Part shown: positions 42,890 to 51,834 of the stretch, piece by piece
Position numbering within the stretch: the first letter of the stretch is position 1
How the letters are laid out: each line of letters starts with the position of its first letter
IMG/VR virus record: IMGVR_UViG_3300028840_004908
Direction: 5' to 3' (one strand)
DNA length: 64,000 nt
Source of the DNA: a virus
Translations under genes and position numbers: made by a program
Notes under the pieces: generated by a model
The model's input: only the letters and a program-made list of their open reading frames with translations
Databases searched by the model: none
What the model was told of the DNA's origin: nothing

Positions 42890-43336
42890 TCATTCTCCAT
42901 ATAATTCGCACTCAAAGGAGAACGGTTTGACGATGGTGGCGTCAAGCATTATGGGAACAAGCCACGTTATATTATAGACAAGCGGCATAGAATAGAGTTC
43001 TTGAACTGGAACGAATCTGAGTTCTTCATCTGTCATCGTTTTAGGTTTTTTTGAATCACCTTGGATGACGGCGAAGACATGCAAAATCCATTTAGGACTG
43101 TTGATAGTTATTTTATGAATCCAGTTTTCTTCATGAACATCTGTTTCTTCTTTGAACTCGCGTATCATTGCTTGAAGTGGCGTTTCTCCTTCTTCGATAT
43201 GCCCTCCGATACCATTGTAAAGTCCTGCCTGCCATTGTGGTCGTTTCTTTTTTATAAGAAGAACGGATGGCTTTTTTTGGAACATATCAAAGTAAAAGCC
43301 AACAACAAATTTCGTCTTAGCCATTGTTCCCTCCAA
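42890..43336 (-). CDS. Nudix hydrolase
   Basis: Nudix box GHIEEGETPLQAMIREFKEETDV. 148 aa. Confidence 0.75.
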   Translation of the reverse strand: MEGTMAKTKFVVGFYFDMFQKKPSVLLIKKKRPQWQAGLYNGIGGHIEEGETPLQAMIREFKEETDVHEENWIHKITINSPKWILHVFAVIQGDSKKPKTMTDEELRFVPVQELYSMPLVYNITWLVPIMLDATIVKPFSFECELYGE

Positions 43337-43559
43337 AAATTACATGCTCCAAATAATAAGGGCAATTCGGCGGCAGTTCTTCTCTGCCGTTGGGCCATCT
43401 CATGTTCCCATCTTTTTGTTTGATAGCTCTATCGCAATGCCAATCCAACGGTTTTGCTGGATAGTGGAACCCATTAACCCGAAACTCACACCTGTCACAT
43501 ATCGTTTTGTTCAGCACTATTACATCTCCACGAGTAAATGCTCCAAATAATAAGGGCAA
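43317..43559 (-). CDS. Cys4 mini-protein family member
   Basis: ...TICDRC...CPYYLEHVIFG. Confidence 0.5.
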   Translation of the reverse strand: MPLLFGAFTRGDVIVLNKTICDRCEFRVNGFHYPAKPLDWHCDRAIKQKDGNMRWPNGREELPPNCPYYLEHVIFGGNNG

Positions 43560-43876
43560 TTACGAGGCGTTTTCTTTTTGATTTCTCGCATTGACAAAAT
43601 TTTGCGATCTGCTCCTGTTCTACAAAATTCAATCTTGCAAACATCAAAATGTGTCATCCGCCATTTGCATTGCTTGCAGATATCTTCAATCAACATTTTG
43701 AGTATCCAACATATATCATCTATCCAGTCCCCTTCTCCGGCGTCGTCTTGAGGGCGCTGGACGATAGTATAATGGATTCGTTCTCGTTGTCCCAGCTTTA
43801 ACTTCTGGCGGCACTTTGTTTTGATTCTCCATAAGATGTTCAAGCAAGAAATCGCAGTCGTTTGGTGGATCATCAT
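43520..43876 (-). CDS. Cys4 mini-protein family member
   Basis: ...ICKQC...CPYYLEHLLVEM. Confidence 0.5.
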   Translation of the reverse strand: MMIHQTTAISCLNILWRIKTKCRQKLKLGQRERIHYTIVQRPQDDAGEGDWIDDICWILKMLIEDICKQCKWRMTHFDVCKIEFCRTGADRKILSMREIKKKTPRNCPYYLEHLLVEM

Positions 43877-43985
43877 AAAGCAATTTCAACAAACGGCCTG
43901 ACTTGACGCATATTACCGCGACGTTATTCCACGGGTTTTGAAAAGCCGTTTGACTGCATTTCAAACATATGTGTTCGCTCAACAT
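43716..43985 (-). CDS. Cys4 mini-protein family member
   Basis: MLSEHICLKC...CDFLLEHLMENQ. Confidence 0.55.
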   Translation of the reverse strand: MLSEHICLKCSQTAFQNPWNNVAVICVKSGRLLKLLYDDPPNDCDFLLEHLMENQNKVPPEVKAGTTRTNPLYYRPAPSRRRRRRGLDR

Positions 43986-44308
43986 TTCTTTTGCGTTCCT
44001 ACAATGTGTTCAAGCCCATAAGGGCATTTACAAGGTGGCGCATCTTTTCCATGAAACAACCAACTTGATCCCCGGTTTACAACCCCGCACCACACAACGC
44101 CGTCTTTCCAGTTTGTTTCATGCCAACGCCTCCACCTACCCTTTCTATCCAGCGAGTTATTGATGCATTGTTTACAAACTGTTTTACTCAGCATTTTGTG
44201 TTTCCACCACATGTTCAGCTTCATACTCGCAAGACACAGGTATTCTATCCTGCTTGTTGACTTGGCCCCATCGACCACAACGCCACAACCTTGTTTCTTC
44301 TGAACCAT
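43979..44308 (-). CDS. Cys4 mini-protein family member
   Basis: internal MLSKTVCKQC...CPYGLEHIVGTQ. Confidence 0.55.
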   Translation of the reverse strand: MVQKKQGCGVVVDGAKSTSRIEYLCLASMKLNMWWKHKMLSKTVCKQCINNSLDRKGRWRRWHETNWKDGVVWCGVVNRGSSWLFHGKDAPPCKCPYGLEHIVGTQKKC

Positions 44309-44390
44309 CTATTGCTAAAAGGGCTGAATACTTTTTGCATCGTTCACAGATTTTTCTGCTAAGCATTTTGAGTTTCCATAAGTTGCTCAA
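44184..44390 (-). CDS. Cys4 mini-protein family member
   Basis: internal MLSRKICERC...CEYEAEHVVETQNAE. Confidence 0.5.
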   Translation of the reverse strand: MSNLWKLKMLSRKICERCKKYSALLAIDGSEETRLWRCGRWGQVNKQDRIPVSCEYEAEHVVETQNAE

Positions 44391-44583
44391 GAATATAAGG
44401 GCACCATGTTGATACTTTCACATCAATATTTACAAAGTTTGAAAATCCTTCTGGAGAATATGGACAGAAAACTGCTCCATGCTCCCAATCGTAATCATCA
44501 GCTTCGTTCCAACAATCATGATGCGGATTATCTGAATTCAAATATTCCCTCCAACATTTTTGACAGATGCTTTTACTCAGCAT
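44359..44583 (-). CDS. Cys4 mini-protein family member
   Basis: MLSKSICQKC...CPYILEQLMETQNA. Confidence 0.55.
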   Translation of the reverse strand: MLSKSICQKCWREYLNSDNPHHDCWNEADDYDWEHGAVFCPYSPEGFSNFVNIDVKVSTWCPYILEQLMETQNA

Positions 44584-44851
44584 TTTGAACCTTCATAAGA
44601 TGCTCTAAACTGAATGGGCAATCATCAGGGACTCTGAAAGGAGAAGCCAATGGGTCAAAATATCGCGCAATTCGTCCCGTCGCCCTCATGAGACTTATAT
44701 GTTCAATTGCTAAGTAAGTCTCGCATTTCTCTTTGCATTTCTTTTTACAGATGTCCATGTTTGTTAGCATTTTGTTTTCACTACGTGTTCGAGACTGTAT
44801 GGGCAATCGTACGGAATAGTTTTGTCTTCCACGCTGATTGTCGTATTCCAA
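44573..44851 (-). CDS. Cys4 mini-protein family member
   Basis: ...ICKKKC...CPFSLEHLMKVQNAE. Confidence 0.5.
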   Translation of the reverse strand: MEYDNQRGRQNYSVRLPIQSRTRSENKMLTNMDICKKKCKEKCETYLAIEHISLMRATGRIARYFDPLASPFRVPDDCPFSLEHLMKVQNAE

Positions 44852-45036
44852 TTTTTACCACAATGCCACTTGAAGTGACCATCGGAATCCCATTCGCCCC
44901 CGCTGTTGATCCAACATCGTTTACAGACTTCTCTGCTGATCATTTGTTCTTTTGCGTTTCCATCAAGTGCTCCAAAATAAAAGGGCACTTTTTTGGCGGC
45001 TCTATTACTGGCTTGAATTTTTCTTCCAAACAGCAC
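44764..45036 (-). CDS. Cys4 mini-protein family member
   Basis: ...VCKRC...CPYSLEHVVKT. Confidence 0.5.
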   Translation of the reverse strand: MLFGRKIQASNRAAKKVPFYFGALDGNAKEQMISREVCKRCWINSGGEWDSDGHFKWHCGKNWNTTISVEDKTIPYDCPYSLEHVVKTKC

Positions 45037-45221
45037 GGCAACATTCCAAAGTGCTTGAACAAATATTTACCACCATACTGTTCACCGCGAATATACAAGC
45101 CAATACCCTCAATCATACTCGTTACCGTCCAACCTTTTTGTTTGATCCTTTTCTTCCAGCATCTATTGCATGTTTTCTTGTTTAGCATTATTGCACAAAG
45201 TGCTCTAAAAAATAAGGACAT
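44940..45221 (-). CDS. Cys4 mini-protein family member
   Basis: internal MLNKKTCNRC...CPFILEHLMETQ. Confidence 0.55.
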   Translation of the reverse strand: MSLFFRALCAIMLNKKTCNRCWKKRIKQKGWTVTSMIEGIGLYIRGEQYGGKYLFKHFGMLPCCLEEKFKPVIEPPKKCPFILEHLMETQKNK

Positions 45222-45385
45222 TCCACCGGCGCTTTTCCATCACTTTCCAAATGCACTCTTAGCCTTGGACAAAACCATTCATTGTAATCACGATCTGAAC
45301 CAGACATCTCAACTTCATAAATCGTCATTATCATATCATTCATATGAGGATGACAATGTCGACGGCATATGAATTCATCAATCAT
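45188..45385 (-). CDS. Cys4 mini-protein family member (divergent)
   Basis: MIDEFICRRHC...CPYFLEHFVQ. Confidence 0.45.
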   Translation of the reverse strand: MIDEFICRRHCHPHMNDMIMTIYEVEMSGSDRDYNEWFCPRLRVHLESDGKAPVECPYFLEHFVQ

Positions 45386-45746
45386 TTTGCGTTTCCATTA
45401 AATGCTCAAGAGCATAAGGGCATCGTCTGGGTACTTCAGCGTTCACGCTTGCGTTTAGCATGAGACACCAACTTAATCCGTTATCCCAAAGCTTGTCGAA
45501 ATCCAAAGGTGGCGGTTTTATCTCTTTGCTGTTCACCCTGTTGTCAAAACATTTTTTGCAAATCCCTTTGTCAAGCATGATCAAATCCTCTGGGCTTGTC
45601 GCTTGCGTATGAAGGCCAACGTCATAGTATACAAAGACAAATTTTTCATTCCATGAGGAAATCCGTCCAAACTCTATCAGGTTATGATGGGGAGTATAGA
45701 CAACTCTTCGCCCTTTATGATTTTCTTTTAGCCGGCTGATTATCAT
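45378..45746 (-). CDS. Cys4 mini-protein family member
   Basis: internal MLDKGICKKC...CPYALEHLMETQND. Confidence 0.55.
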   Translation of the reverse strand: MIISRLKENHKGRRVVYTPHHNLIEFGRISSWNEKFVFVYYDVGLHTQATSPEDLIMLDKGICKKCFDNRVNSKEIKPPPLDFDKLWDNGLSWCLMLNASVNAEVPRRCPYALEHLMETQND

Positions 45747-46105
45747 TTCTGTACATCCAACAAATGCTCAAGAGCAAAATTACAGTTAGCAGGCGGTTTG
45801 TATTTTATCGGCCACAGACTGTGCGACATAGGGTACATTCCGCAAATCACAACTCCCTCCAACCAAAGCAAATCGTCGAGGTCTGACCATTTCATAGCCA
45901 AACACTTTCTATTTATACACCGCTTGCAGATTTCTTTACTCAACGTTTCTGCAACTCCATTAAGTGTTCCAAAACAAAGGGACACCATTTGGGAGCAGAC
46001 AAGAACGGATGAATCCACCCGCCAAACGGACAAGGCGAAAGGATGCGAGGATTTTCCCATGAATCCACAATGTCTCTCACTTTTGGATAATGCTTTCCAA
46101 CGCAT
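45743..46105 (-). CDS. Cys4 mini-protein family member (probable TTG start)
   Basis: ...(TTG)LSKEICKRC...CNFALEHLLDVQ. Confidence 0.5.
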   Translation of the reverse strand: MRWKALSKSERHCGFMGKSSHPFALSVWRVDSSVLVCSQMVSLCFGTLNGVAETLSKEICKRCINRKCLAMKWSDLDDLLWLEGVVICGMYPMSHSLWPIKYKPPANCNFALEHLLDVQK

Positions 46106-46149
46106 TTTTTACAGATGTCTTTATTCAACATTCTTGGTTTCCAATACAT
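45940..46149 (-). CDS. Cys4 mini-protein family member
   Basis: internal MLNKDICKKC...CPFVLEHLMELQ. Confidence 0.55.
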   Translation of the reverse strand: MYWKPRMLNKDICKKCVGKHYPKVRDIVDSWENPRILSPCPFGGWIHPFLSAPKWCPFVLEHLMELQKR

Positions 46150-46315
46150 GCTCTAAAACATAAGGGCACCACGATGGAATCTCTTGATCGGGACAACTGT
46201 AAAAAGGCTTGAGCACTGGAAAATCTTTCCGCACGCGAAAGCAAGCAAGCCATTTGTACCTTCTACGCTTTGTCTCGCTGTCCATGCATCGTTTACAAAC
46301 AACTTCACTTAACAT
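46121..46315 (-). CDS. Cys4 mini-protein family member
   Basis: MLSEVVCKRC...CPYVLEHVLETKNVE. Confidence 0.55.
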   Translation of the reverse strand: MLSEVVCKRCMDSETKRRRYKWLACFRVRKDFPVLKPFYSCPDQEIPSWCPYVLEHVLETKNVE

Positions 46316-46577
46316 TGGGCCTTCTTCTGCGCCGTCGTTTTGAGAAGATCGGATGAGAAAACAACGGATGCGTTTTTTGAGAACTTACTTTCACTTCTGG
46401 CGGTGTCTTATCTTGATTTTCCATCAGATGTTCAAGCAAGAAATCGCAATCATCTGGCGGGTCGTCATAAAATATTTTCAACAACCGGCCCGACTTGATA
46501 CACATCACCGCAACTTCTTTCCACGGGTTTTGAAAAACCATTTTACTGCACTTGATACAAATTTCTTTACTCAACAT
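46305..46577 (-). CDS. Cys4 mini-protein family member
   Basis: MLSKEICIKC...CDFLLEHLMENQ. Confidence 0.55.
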   Translation of the reverse strand: MLSKEICIKCSKMVFQNPWKEVAVMCIKSGRLLKIFYDDPPDDCDFLLEHLMENQDKTPPEVKVSSQKTHPLFSHPIFSKRRRRRRPNVK

Positions 46578-46583
46578 TTTCTT

Positions 46584-46850
<267 letters not shown>

Positions 46851-46865
46851 ACGACCTCAAAACAT

Positions 46866-46940
46866 ATTTTCACTGGTTAATTATACAACTAAAAATCTTG
46901 ATTTTTGCGGTTTTTATTGAGAAGAAGTGAGAAAAATTTA
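46866..46940 (-). promoter_or_regulatory. class II conserved promoter element (TTGTATAAT), copy 3
   Basis: minus strand AAAAACCGCAAAAATCAAGATTTTTAGTTGTATAATTAACCAGTG. Confidence 0.45.
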
Positions 46941-47195
46941 CTGACTTTTCATCAAATGTTCGAGCGCGTAAGGACATTGCTTATTCTTCAAATACAACCT
47001 TGTTTCCACGTGACCATCTGCATAGTTACTCGCGTAGCTCTCGATGATGTTTTGCCCTTGACTCAGCACGTACAGCAAGCACTTCTTTTGGCAACGCTCG
47101 CAGATTTCAACCTGTATTTCAACCCACTCTTGACCTTTTTCGTCAACGTTTATCGACATCACGCTTCCATCAAATGTTCGAGAACGAAAGGGCAC
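46938..47195 (-). CDS. Cys4 mini-protein family member
   Basis: ...ICERCQKKC...CPYALEHLMKSQ. Confidence 0.5.
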   Translation of the reverse strand: MPFRSRTFDGSVMSINVDEKGQEWVEIQVEICERCQKKCLLYVLSQGQNIIESYASNYADGHVETRLYLKNKQCPYALEHLMKSQ

Positions 47196-47404
47196 TTTTC
47201 AGGAACTTCAATATTGCCAGTTACCCATGACAATTCAATATTGCTATATTTCCGCTTCTGTTTTGGTCCAACGGTTAACGCAATACCTTTGAAACAAATA
47301 CCTTTCCCTTCGTCCCAAAGCTTGTTGAAATCTTCAAGCTCATATTTGCCCCGAAACTTGGCTTGCTTGAAATGCTTTAGACAGATGGTCTTATTTCGCA
47401 ACAC
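47159..47404 (-). CDS. Cys4 mini-protein family member
   Basis: MLRNKTICLKH...CPFVLEHLMEA. Confidence 0.5.
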   Translation of the reverse strand: MLRNKTICLKHFKQAKFRGKYELEDFNKLWDEGKGICFKGIALTVGPKQKRKYSNIELSWVTGNIEVPEKCPFVLEHLMEA

Positions 47405-47654
47405 TTTTCAACAAATCCTTTATCTGATACGCAGGGCCATCATATGGAACTATCCAAGCTTCGGAATGTTTCTGCAACGTCAATAGCTGCTCCAAATAAT
47501 AAGGGCATGTATCTGGCGACAAACTTTTTGGGTCGCTTCCGACAGCGCACCAAATTCCCAAATCGACTCGCCCTTGAAAGCACGCCTTGCAAGCATTGTG
47601 ATTTAGATAATTCAGCATTGTGTTTCCATCAAGTGTTCTAAATGAAATGGGCAA
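47391..47654 (-). CDS. Cys4 mini-protein family member with C-terminal extension
   Basis: ...NACKAC...CPYYLEQLLTLQ + 25 aa. Confidence 0.5.
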   Translation of the reverse strand: MPISFRTLDGNTMLNYLNHNACKACFQGRVDLGIWCAVGSDPKSLSPDTCPYYLEQLLTLQKHSEAWIVPYDGPAYQIKDLLKSVAK

Positions 47655-47839
47655 TCTTTAGGAATCCGATCGCCTTCTGTCATGAATCTTATATAACCGT
47701 CACGCGGCAGAAAGCAACCCCAATCAAGATTGAAGCCAAAAGCTTTTCGATGGCTACACCATTTACAAGACGCGCAAACTTTCTGATTGACTTTTATCAT
47801 CCCTGCGTTTCCACTAAATGTTCCAAAGTATAAGGGCAA
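47612..47839 (-). CDS. Cys4 mini-protein family member
   Basis: ...VCASC...CPFHLEHLMETQ. Confidence 0.5.
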   Translation of the reverse strand: MPLYFGTFSGNAGMIKVNQKVCASCKWCSHRKAFGFNLDWGCFLPRDGYIRFMTEGDRIPKDCPFHLEHLMETQC

Positions 47840-47956
47840 TTTTTTGGCATGCGTTTTTCCTCTTTACTAACCAAATACCACGGCCCAGCGACACAGTACC
47901 AACTATCGTGATCGTTCCACTCTCTGTAATGCTTACATTTTTCGCAAACTTCTTCG

Positions 47957-48145
47957 CTAAGCATTTTGCATTTCCATTAAATGTTCGAGCCGGAACGGAC
48001 ATCGCGTCGGGACAATTGCCCGATTGAACCATGTGTTCATTTTCGGACAGTAAGCGCGATAATACGAACACTCCTTGAAATGTTCATCAACGTTTTGTCT
48101 TGAACAACTTTCACAAACTCTTTTGCTTATTCTTTCTCTCAGCAT
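47957..48145 (-). CDS. Cys4 mini-protein family member
   Basis: ...VCESC...CPFRLEHLMEMQNA. Confidence 0.5.
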   Translation of the reverse strand: MLRERISKRVCESCSRQNVDEHFKECSYYRAYCPKMNTWFNRAIVPTRCPFRLEHLMEMQNA

Positions 48146-48444
48146 TGATCTCTTTCACTTTCTTCCAAACGCGATTCGCGAACTCTTCTGCTTGCTTTTC
48201 TAATTTCAACTGCCATATTGCCGCTTCCAATGACGTCGGGCGATTTTTCATTTTGCGTCTCCACCAAATGCTCCAAACGATAAGAGCAATAGTCAGGAAC
48301 AGGATCATCCTTCACAACCCACTGATATGCACGTTCCCAGCCGCACCACCATTTCTTTCCGTCGTAATTACGATAGCCTGAACGTTCCTCAATTGGATTT
48401 CCCCGGCTCACAAAACATTGCATACAAATCACTTCACTCAGCAT
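48139..48444 (-). CDS. Cys4 mini-protein family member
   Basis: MLSEVICMQC...CSYRLEHLVETQ + 30-aa tail. Confidence 0.55.
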   Translation of the reverse strand: MLSEVICMQCFVSRGNPIEERSGYRNYDGKKWWCGWERAYQWVVKDDPVPDYCSYRLEHLVETQNEKSPDVIGSGNMAVEIRKASRRVRESRLEESERDQC

Positions 48445-48626
48445 TATACCCTCACAGCTTTTAATTTGCTCCCTTTGAGTTTTCCTGCCAACCGCCCGAC
48501 TGCTTTTTCAGCACCGCTTTTTGTGGACCACGTTCTGGCCCACGCTTTATCATCAACTGCGTTCTTGAGCTTTTCGTCATGAGCGAGATACTTTTCTCCA
48601 TCAATCTGAATCGCATAAAATGCCAT
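48444..48626 (-). CDS. hypothetical protein (non-family)
   Basis: MAFYAIQIDGEKYLAHDEKLKNAVDDKAWARTW... Confidence 0.3.
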   Translation of the reverse strand: MAFYAIQIDGEKYLAHDEKLKNAVDDKAWARTWSTKSGAEKAVGRLAGKLKGSKLKAVRV

Positions 48627-48638
48627 GAAGTTGTCTCC

Positions 48639-48938
48639 TTAGTTGTTCTTACTCACTATCAACGCAACAATTGCGAAAATTGCAGACCCAATAAGCGATC
48701 CAAAAATACAAAAATAAAACAATATTGCACATCCTTGTTCTACCGCCCACGCATCCACGTTGCTCCATTTGTGACGTTTTAGAACATGCTCAAGCTGAAA
48801 GGGACATTGGTCTGGGACATCCGCGTGAATGTGAACAGATACCCCTATTTTTGAGCACTCAACGCTGTTTAGCACATACCAATTGTATTTTTTGAAGTCA
48901 TCTTTTTGGCAGCGTTGACAGATTTCTTTACTCAGCAC
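48639..48938 (-). CDS. Cys4 mini-protein family member fused to a C-terminal transmembrane helix
   Basis: MLSKEICQRC...CPFQLEHVLKR...ILFYFCIFGSLIGSAIFAIVALIV. Confidence 0.55.
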   Translation of the reverse strand: MLSKEICQRCQKDDFKKYNWYVLNSVECSKIGVSVHIHADVPDQCPFQLEHVLKRHKWSNVDAWAVEQGCAILFYFCIFGSLIGSAIFAIVALIVSKNN

Positions 48939-48959
48939 TTTTACAAACCCTTTCGCTCA

Positions 48960-49250
48960 TCACTTTGTCGCACCGCTTGCTTGCGTTTTCATGAGATGTT
49001 CGAGCGCATAAGGACAGCCCTTTGGAACATCGAAATCCCTTTGAAGAGTATGACTTGTTCCTTTACAAGCCCAACAGTTGTCCCTTTGACAATTCAAACA
49101 CTTGGTCTTGAACATTTCACACTTTTGGCAAACTGATTTACTCAGCATAGCTTGCTTTGAACTCCTTGATTTTCTGTTCACGATACTTCCTGATGTCGTC
49201 ATCACTACCACAACGAACGACTTTCCCCTTGTCGTCCACAATAACATCAT
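48960..49250 (-). CDS. Cys4 mini-protein family member
   Basis: internal MLSKSVCQKC...CPYALEHLMKTQ. Confidence 0.55.
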   Translation of the reverse strand: MMLLWTTRGKSFVVVVMTTSGSIVNRKSRSSKQAMLSKSVCQKCEMFKTKCLNCQRDNCWACKGTSHTLQRDFDVPKGCPYALEHLMKTQASGATK

Positions 49251-49647
49251 CCTTGTTGAAATTCGCAGTCCATTTGTACGAGTTAGTATTTACAACAGAA
49301 ACAGGATTATCATTACACCGCATATTTGACCGCAAAATGTGATTGTCTTCATTTTCTGGGATGTCATCGTATTTCAAAATTTCACCAGTGAGATAATACA
49401 TCCCACTTCGTTCAACTTCTTTCGGCTTCACTTCCATTTTGCCGCCTTCACCGTCTGAAACTGGATCAGCGCAAATATACGTTACAAAGCAAAAGCAATA
49501 TGGCACTGCGCCATGACGCTCTTTAATCTTTTTTGCTATCTTGACTGCCTTTGCGGTATCCCAAGAAGGAATTGATCGTCTGCTACCTTCAGCCGCAAAC
49601 GTTCCGGGACTGAAGAAATCAACAAAGTGTTTTCGCTTAGCCGCCAT
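49138..49647 (-). CDS. hypothetical protein (non-family, 169 aa)
   Basis: MAAKRKHFVDFFSPGTFAAEGSRRSIPSWDTAKAV... No family recognised. Confidence 0.45.
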   Translation of the reverse strand: MAAKRKHFVDFFSPGTFAAEGSRRSIPSWDTAKAVKIAKKIKERHGAVPYCFCFVTYICADPVSDGEGGKMEVKPKEVERSGMYYLTGEILKYDDIPENEDNHILRSNMRCNDNPVSVVNTNSYKWTANFNKDDVIVDDKGKVVRCGSDDDIRKYREQKIKEFKASYAE

Positions 49648-49918
49648 TTGAACTTCCTTTCTGAGTCATCAAGTGCTCCAAAACGTAAGGGCAGTAACAA
49701 GGTATTTCTGAATCAGTTCCAATGGGCCTGCTTTCTTTTATTCTATAGCTACATAAGGTACCCGTATATCCTGATAAACGATTGGATTTTTCCCAATGTG
49801 AATGATCCCACATCTGATCAAATTTTTTCAACCACTTCTCAGGGGTATGGTCTGGTATCAACTCGCTTCCTTTGGTGCGCGCCCACGGGCATTTGATACA
49901 GATGCTTTTACTCAACAC
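49637..49918 (-). CDS. Cys4 mini-protein family member
   Basis: MLSKSICIKC...CPYVLEHLMTQ. Confidence 0.55.
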   Translation of the reverse strand: MLSKSICIKCPWARTKGSELIPDHTPEKWLKKFDQMWDHSHWEKSNRLSGYTGTLCSYRIKESRPIGTDSEIPCYCPYVLEHLMTQKGSSNGG

Positions 49919-50762
49919 TGATCTTTCCTTCTGCTTTCAATTTTTTAAGCGCAAAATAGATCGTGCAATTCGAAAGGTTCACCCGTTTGGCAATCCAACG
50001 GGCAGTCTTTCCAGCCTGCCAGTGTTTCTGAATAGTCCTCATTTTTCTTGGCGTCAATTTGATATCTTGCTTTTTGAAACCGAGTTTTCTGCACCACCTA
50101 CTAACAGCCGCTTCAGTCACGCTCAAATGATCAGCAATTTCCTTTTGTGATTTTCCTGCTTTTCTCATCTCATAAACTTCACGGATTTCTGATTCACAAA
50201 GGCGTTTATACTTTGATTTTTGCAGCCGTTCCATTTTCGTGCTTGGCTTCTTCGGCGCTCCAATGTTAGGGACAAACAACTTTAAGAAATCAGACCGTGT
50301 ACAACATAGCAAATGATCTGGCCTTACACATCTTTTGTTCCCACATACCTGTGTCAGAATATAATTCTTTGGAATAGGGCCGCGCAACATTTCCCAAGCA
50401 ATCCGGCTGGGGCGCGAAGTTTTCCCCCCGATCCGTATGAATCTCATCGTCTTATCAGTCCAAACCCAACAATCATTTTCCTTTTCAACCTTTTCCCAAA
50501 AATCTTTTTCAATATTTTCGTTGCCAAAACGCATATGCTCTGGTCGTATGCAATTTGAATTCTTACACGTGATGAAAAACTTTCTGTTATTGATTTTTTT
50601 ACCTGTTACAAGTTCAAAAAGAACATTCCTTGGTCTTCTGATTACGCTGTTCCCTCTTTCGCTTTGAAAGAAAAAGTGATTGGGCCTCCCAGTCCAGATC
50701 AAACATTCCCCTTGAGGCTTGACTTTTGATAAGAATCGTTTTCTATCTTTCTCTGGAATCAT
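49908..50762 (-). CDS. HNH homing-endonuclease-like protein (two HNH_3-type modules + C-terminal HTH)
   Basis: GECLIWTG...SNCIRPEHMRFG and NDCWVWTD...RIAWEML...CGNKRCVRPDHLL. C-terminal HTH SQKEIADHLSVTEAAVSRWCRK. Confidence 0.75.
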   Translation of the reverse strand: MIPEKDRKRFLSKVKPQGECLIWTGRPNHFFFQSERGNSVIRRPRNVLFELVTGKKINNRKFFITCKNSNCIRPEHMRFGNENIEKDFWEKVEKENDCWVWTDKTMRFIRIGGKTSRPSRIAWEMLRGPIPKNYILTQVCGNKRCVRPDHLLCCTRSDFLKLFVPNIGAPKKPSTKMERLQKSKYKRLCESEIREVYEMRKAGKSQKEIADHLSVTEAAVSRWCRKLGFKKQDIKLTPRKMRTIQKHWQAGKTARWIAKRVNLSNCTIYFALKKLKAEGKISVE

Positions 50763-51031
50763 CTTTGTGTTTTCATCAAGTGCTCAAGTTGATATTGACA
50801 CCACTCTGGAGGAGGTTTTTCAACATCTGTATGTCGCGCACCGCCTTTTTTTCTAAGTGGACACCAAACTATTTTATCAAACACCCACATACGGTTAGAA
50901 GCTTCGCCATATTTATTATGAACAGTAGAATTCTTACAATGTTTGCAAACTTGTTTACTGAGCACCTTGATTCTCCATGAAATGCTCCAGCCAGTATTCG
51001 CACTTCTCTGGCGGAGGCTTATCAATATCAA
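50759..51031 (-). CDS. Cys4 mini-protein family member
   Basis: internal LSKQVCKHC...CQYQLEHLMKTQ. Confidence 0.5.
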   Translation of the reverse strand: MILISLRQRSANTGWSISWRIKVLSKQVCKHCKNSTVHNKYGEASNRMWVFDKIVWCPLRKKGGARHTDVEKPPPEWCQYQLEHLMKTQR

Positions 51032-51155
51032 TCAAATTGTTACAATTGCCTTTGGGAATATACCGACAAGTCATGTGGCCTGTTTGCCACCAATATTCGT
51101 CGTGCTTATCCCAAAAATCTCCGCGACAAGTTTTACAAGCCTTTTTGTTTAGCAT
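50955..51155 (-). CDS. Cys4 mini-protein family member
   Basis: MLNKKACKTC...CEYWLEHFMENQ. Confidence 0.55.
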   Translation of the reverse strand: MLNKKACKTCRGDFWDKHDEYWWQTGHMTCRYIPKGNCNNLIDIDKPPPEKCEYWLEHFMENQGAQ

Positions 51156-51409
51156 CGTTCAATCCGCTTTGGCTTTGGCCGACTGTTTTCCATCAGGTGC
51201 TCCAAATGATAAGGGCACTCATCCGGTATTTTGTCAATGGGCGTTTTTGGCCATGCCCACGTTCCGTTGTTTGACAAGCCACCCCTCAACTTCATTTCTG
51301 GACATCTGATCATTTCAAAAGTACGCCAACTCAGATCATCACACGCCTGCCACTTCCAAACAGGGCTATATTTGCTGCGGCAATATTTACAAACCGCTTT
51401 ACTCAACAA
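51149..51409 (-). CDS. Cys4 mini-protein family member
   Basis: MLSKAVCKYC...CPYHLEHLMEN. Confidence 0.55.
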   Translation of the reverse strand: MLSKAVCKYCRSKYSPVWKWQACDDLSWRTFEMIRCPEMKLRGGLSNNGTWAWPKTPIDKIPDECPYHLEHLMENSRPKPKRIERC

Positions 51410-51629
51410 CTTGCGACTCCATCAAGTGCTCAAGATGATAAGGGCAGTGTTTAGGCGACGACGTTGTTGTATGGAACGTAAGCGGAATCTTCCAAAAGAA
51501 AAACCGACAATAGATTTCACCGTTTGCCCATCGTGTTTCATCGCTGTTGCTCCACACGTTCCAATTGCGAATTTTGGAACGTCGCTGTTGTTCGTTGCAG
51601 CATTGTTTACAAATCTCTTTACTTAACAT
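51399..51629 (-). CDS. Cys4 mini-protein family member
   Basis: MLSKEICKQC...CPYHLEHLMESQ. Confidence 0.55.
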   Translation of the reverse strand: MLSKEICKQCCNEQQRRSKIRNWNVWSNSDETRWANGEIYCRFFFWKIPLTFHTTTSSPKHCPYHLEHLMESQVVE

Positions 51630-51834
51630 CTACTAAGTGCTCCAGAATGTATTCGCATTCCTTCGGCGGTTTTCCTTTCCGAAAAATCCACCGTTCGCAG
51701 ATATAGCAATACCATTTGGGCGTTTTTAACCACCATTCTTCGTAACAGTCTTTTTCAAGGCTGTCTGTGGAAATATCAAAACCAAGACCCCTTTTGATAC
51801 AAGCTATGCAAACCTTTTTACTTAACATTTCCAC
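51619..51834 (-). CDS. Cys4 mini-protein family member
   Basis: MEMLSKKVCIAC...CEYILEHLVDVK. Confidence 0.55.
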   Translation of the reverse strand: MEMLSKKVCIACIKRGLGFDISTDSLEKDCYEEWWLKTPKWYCYICERWIFRKGKPPKECEYILEHLVDVK

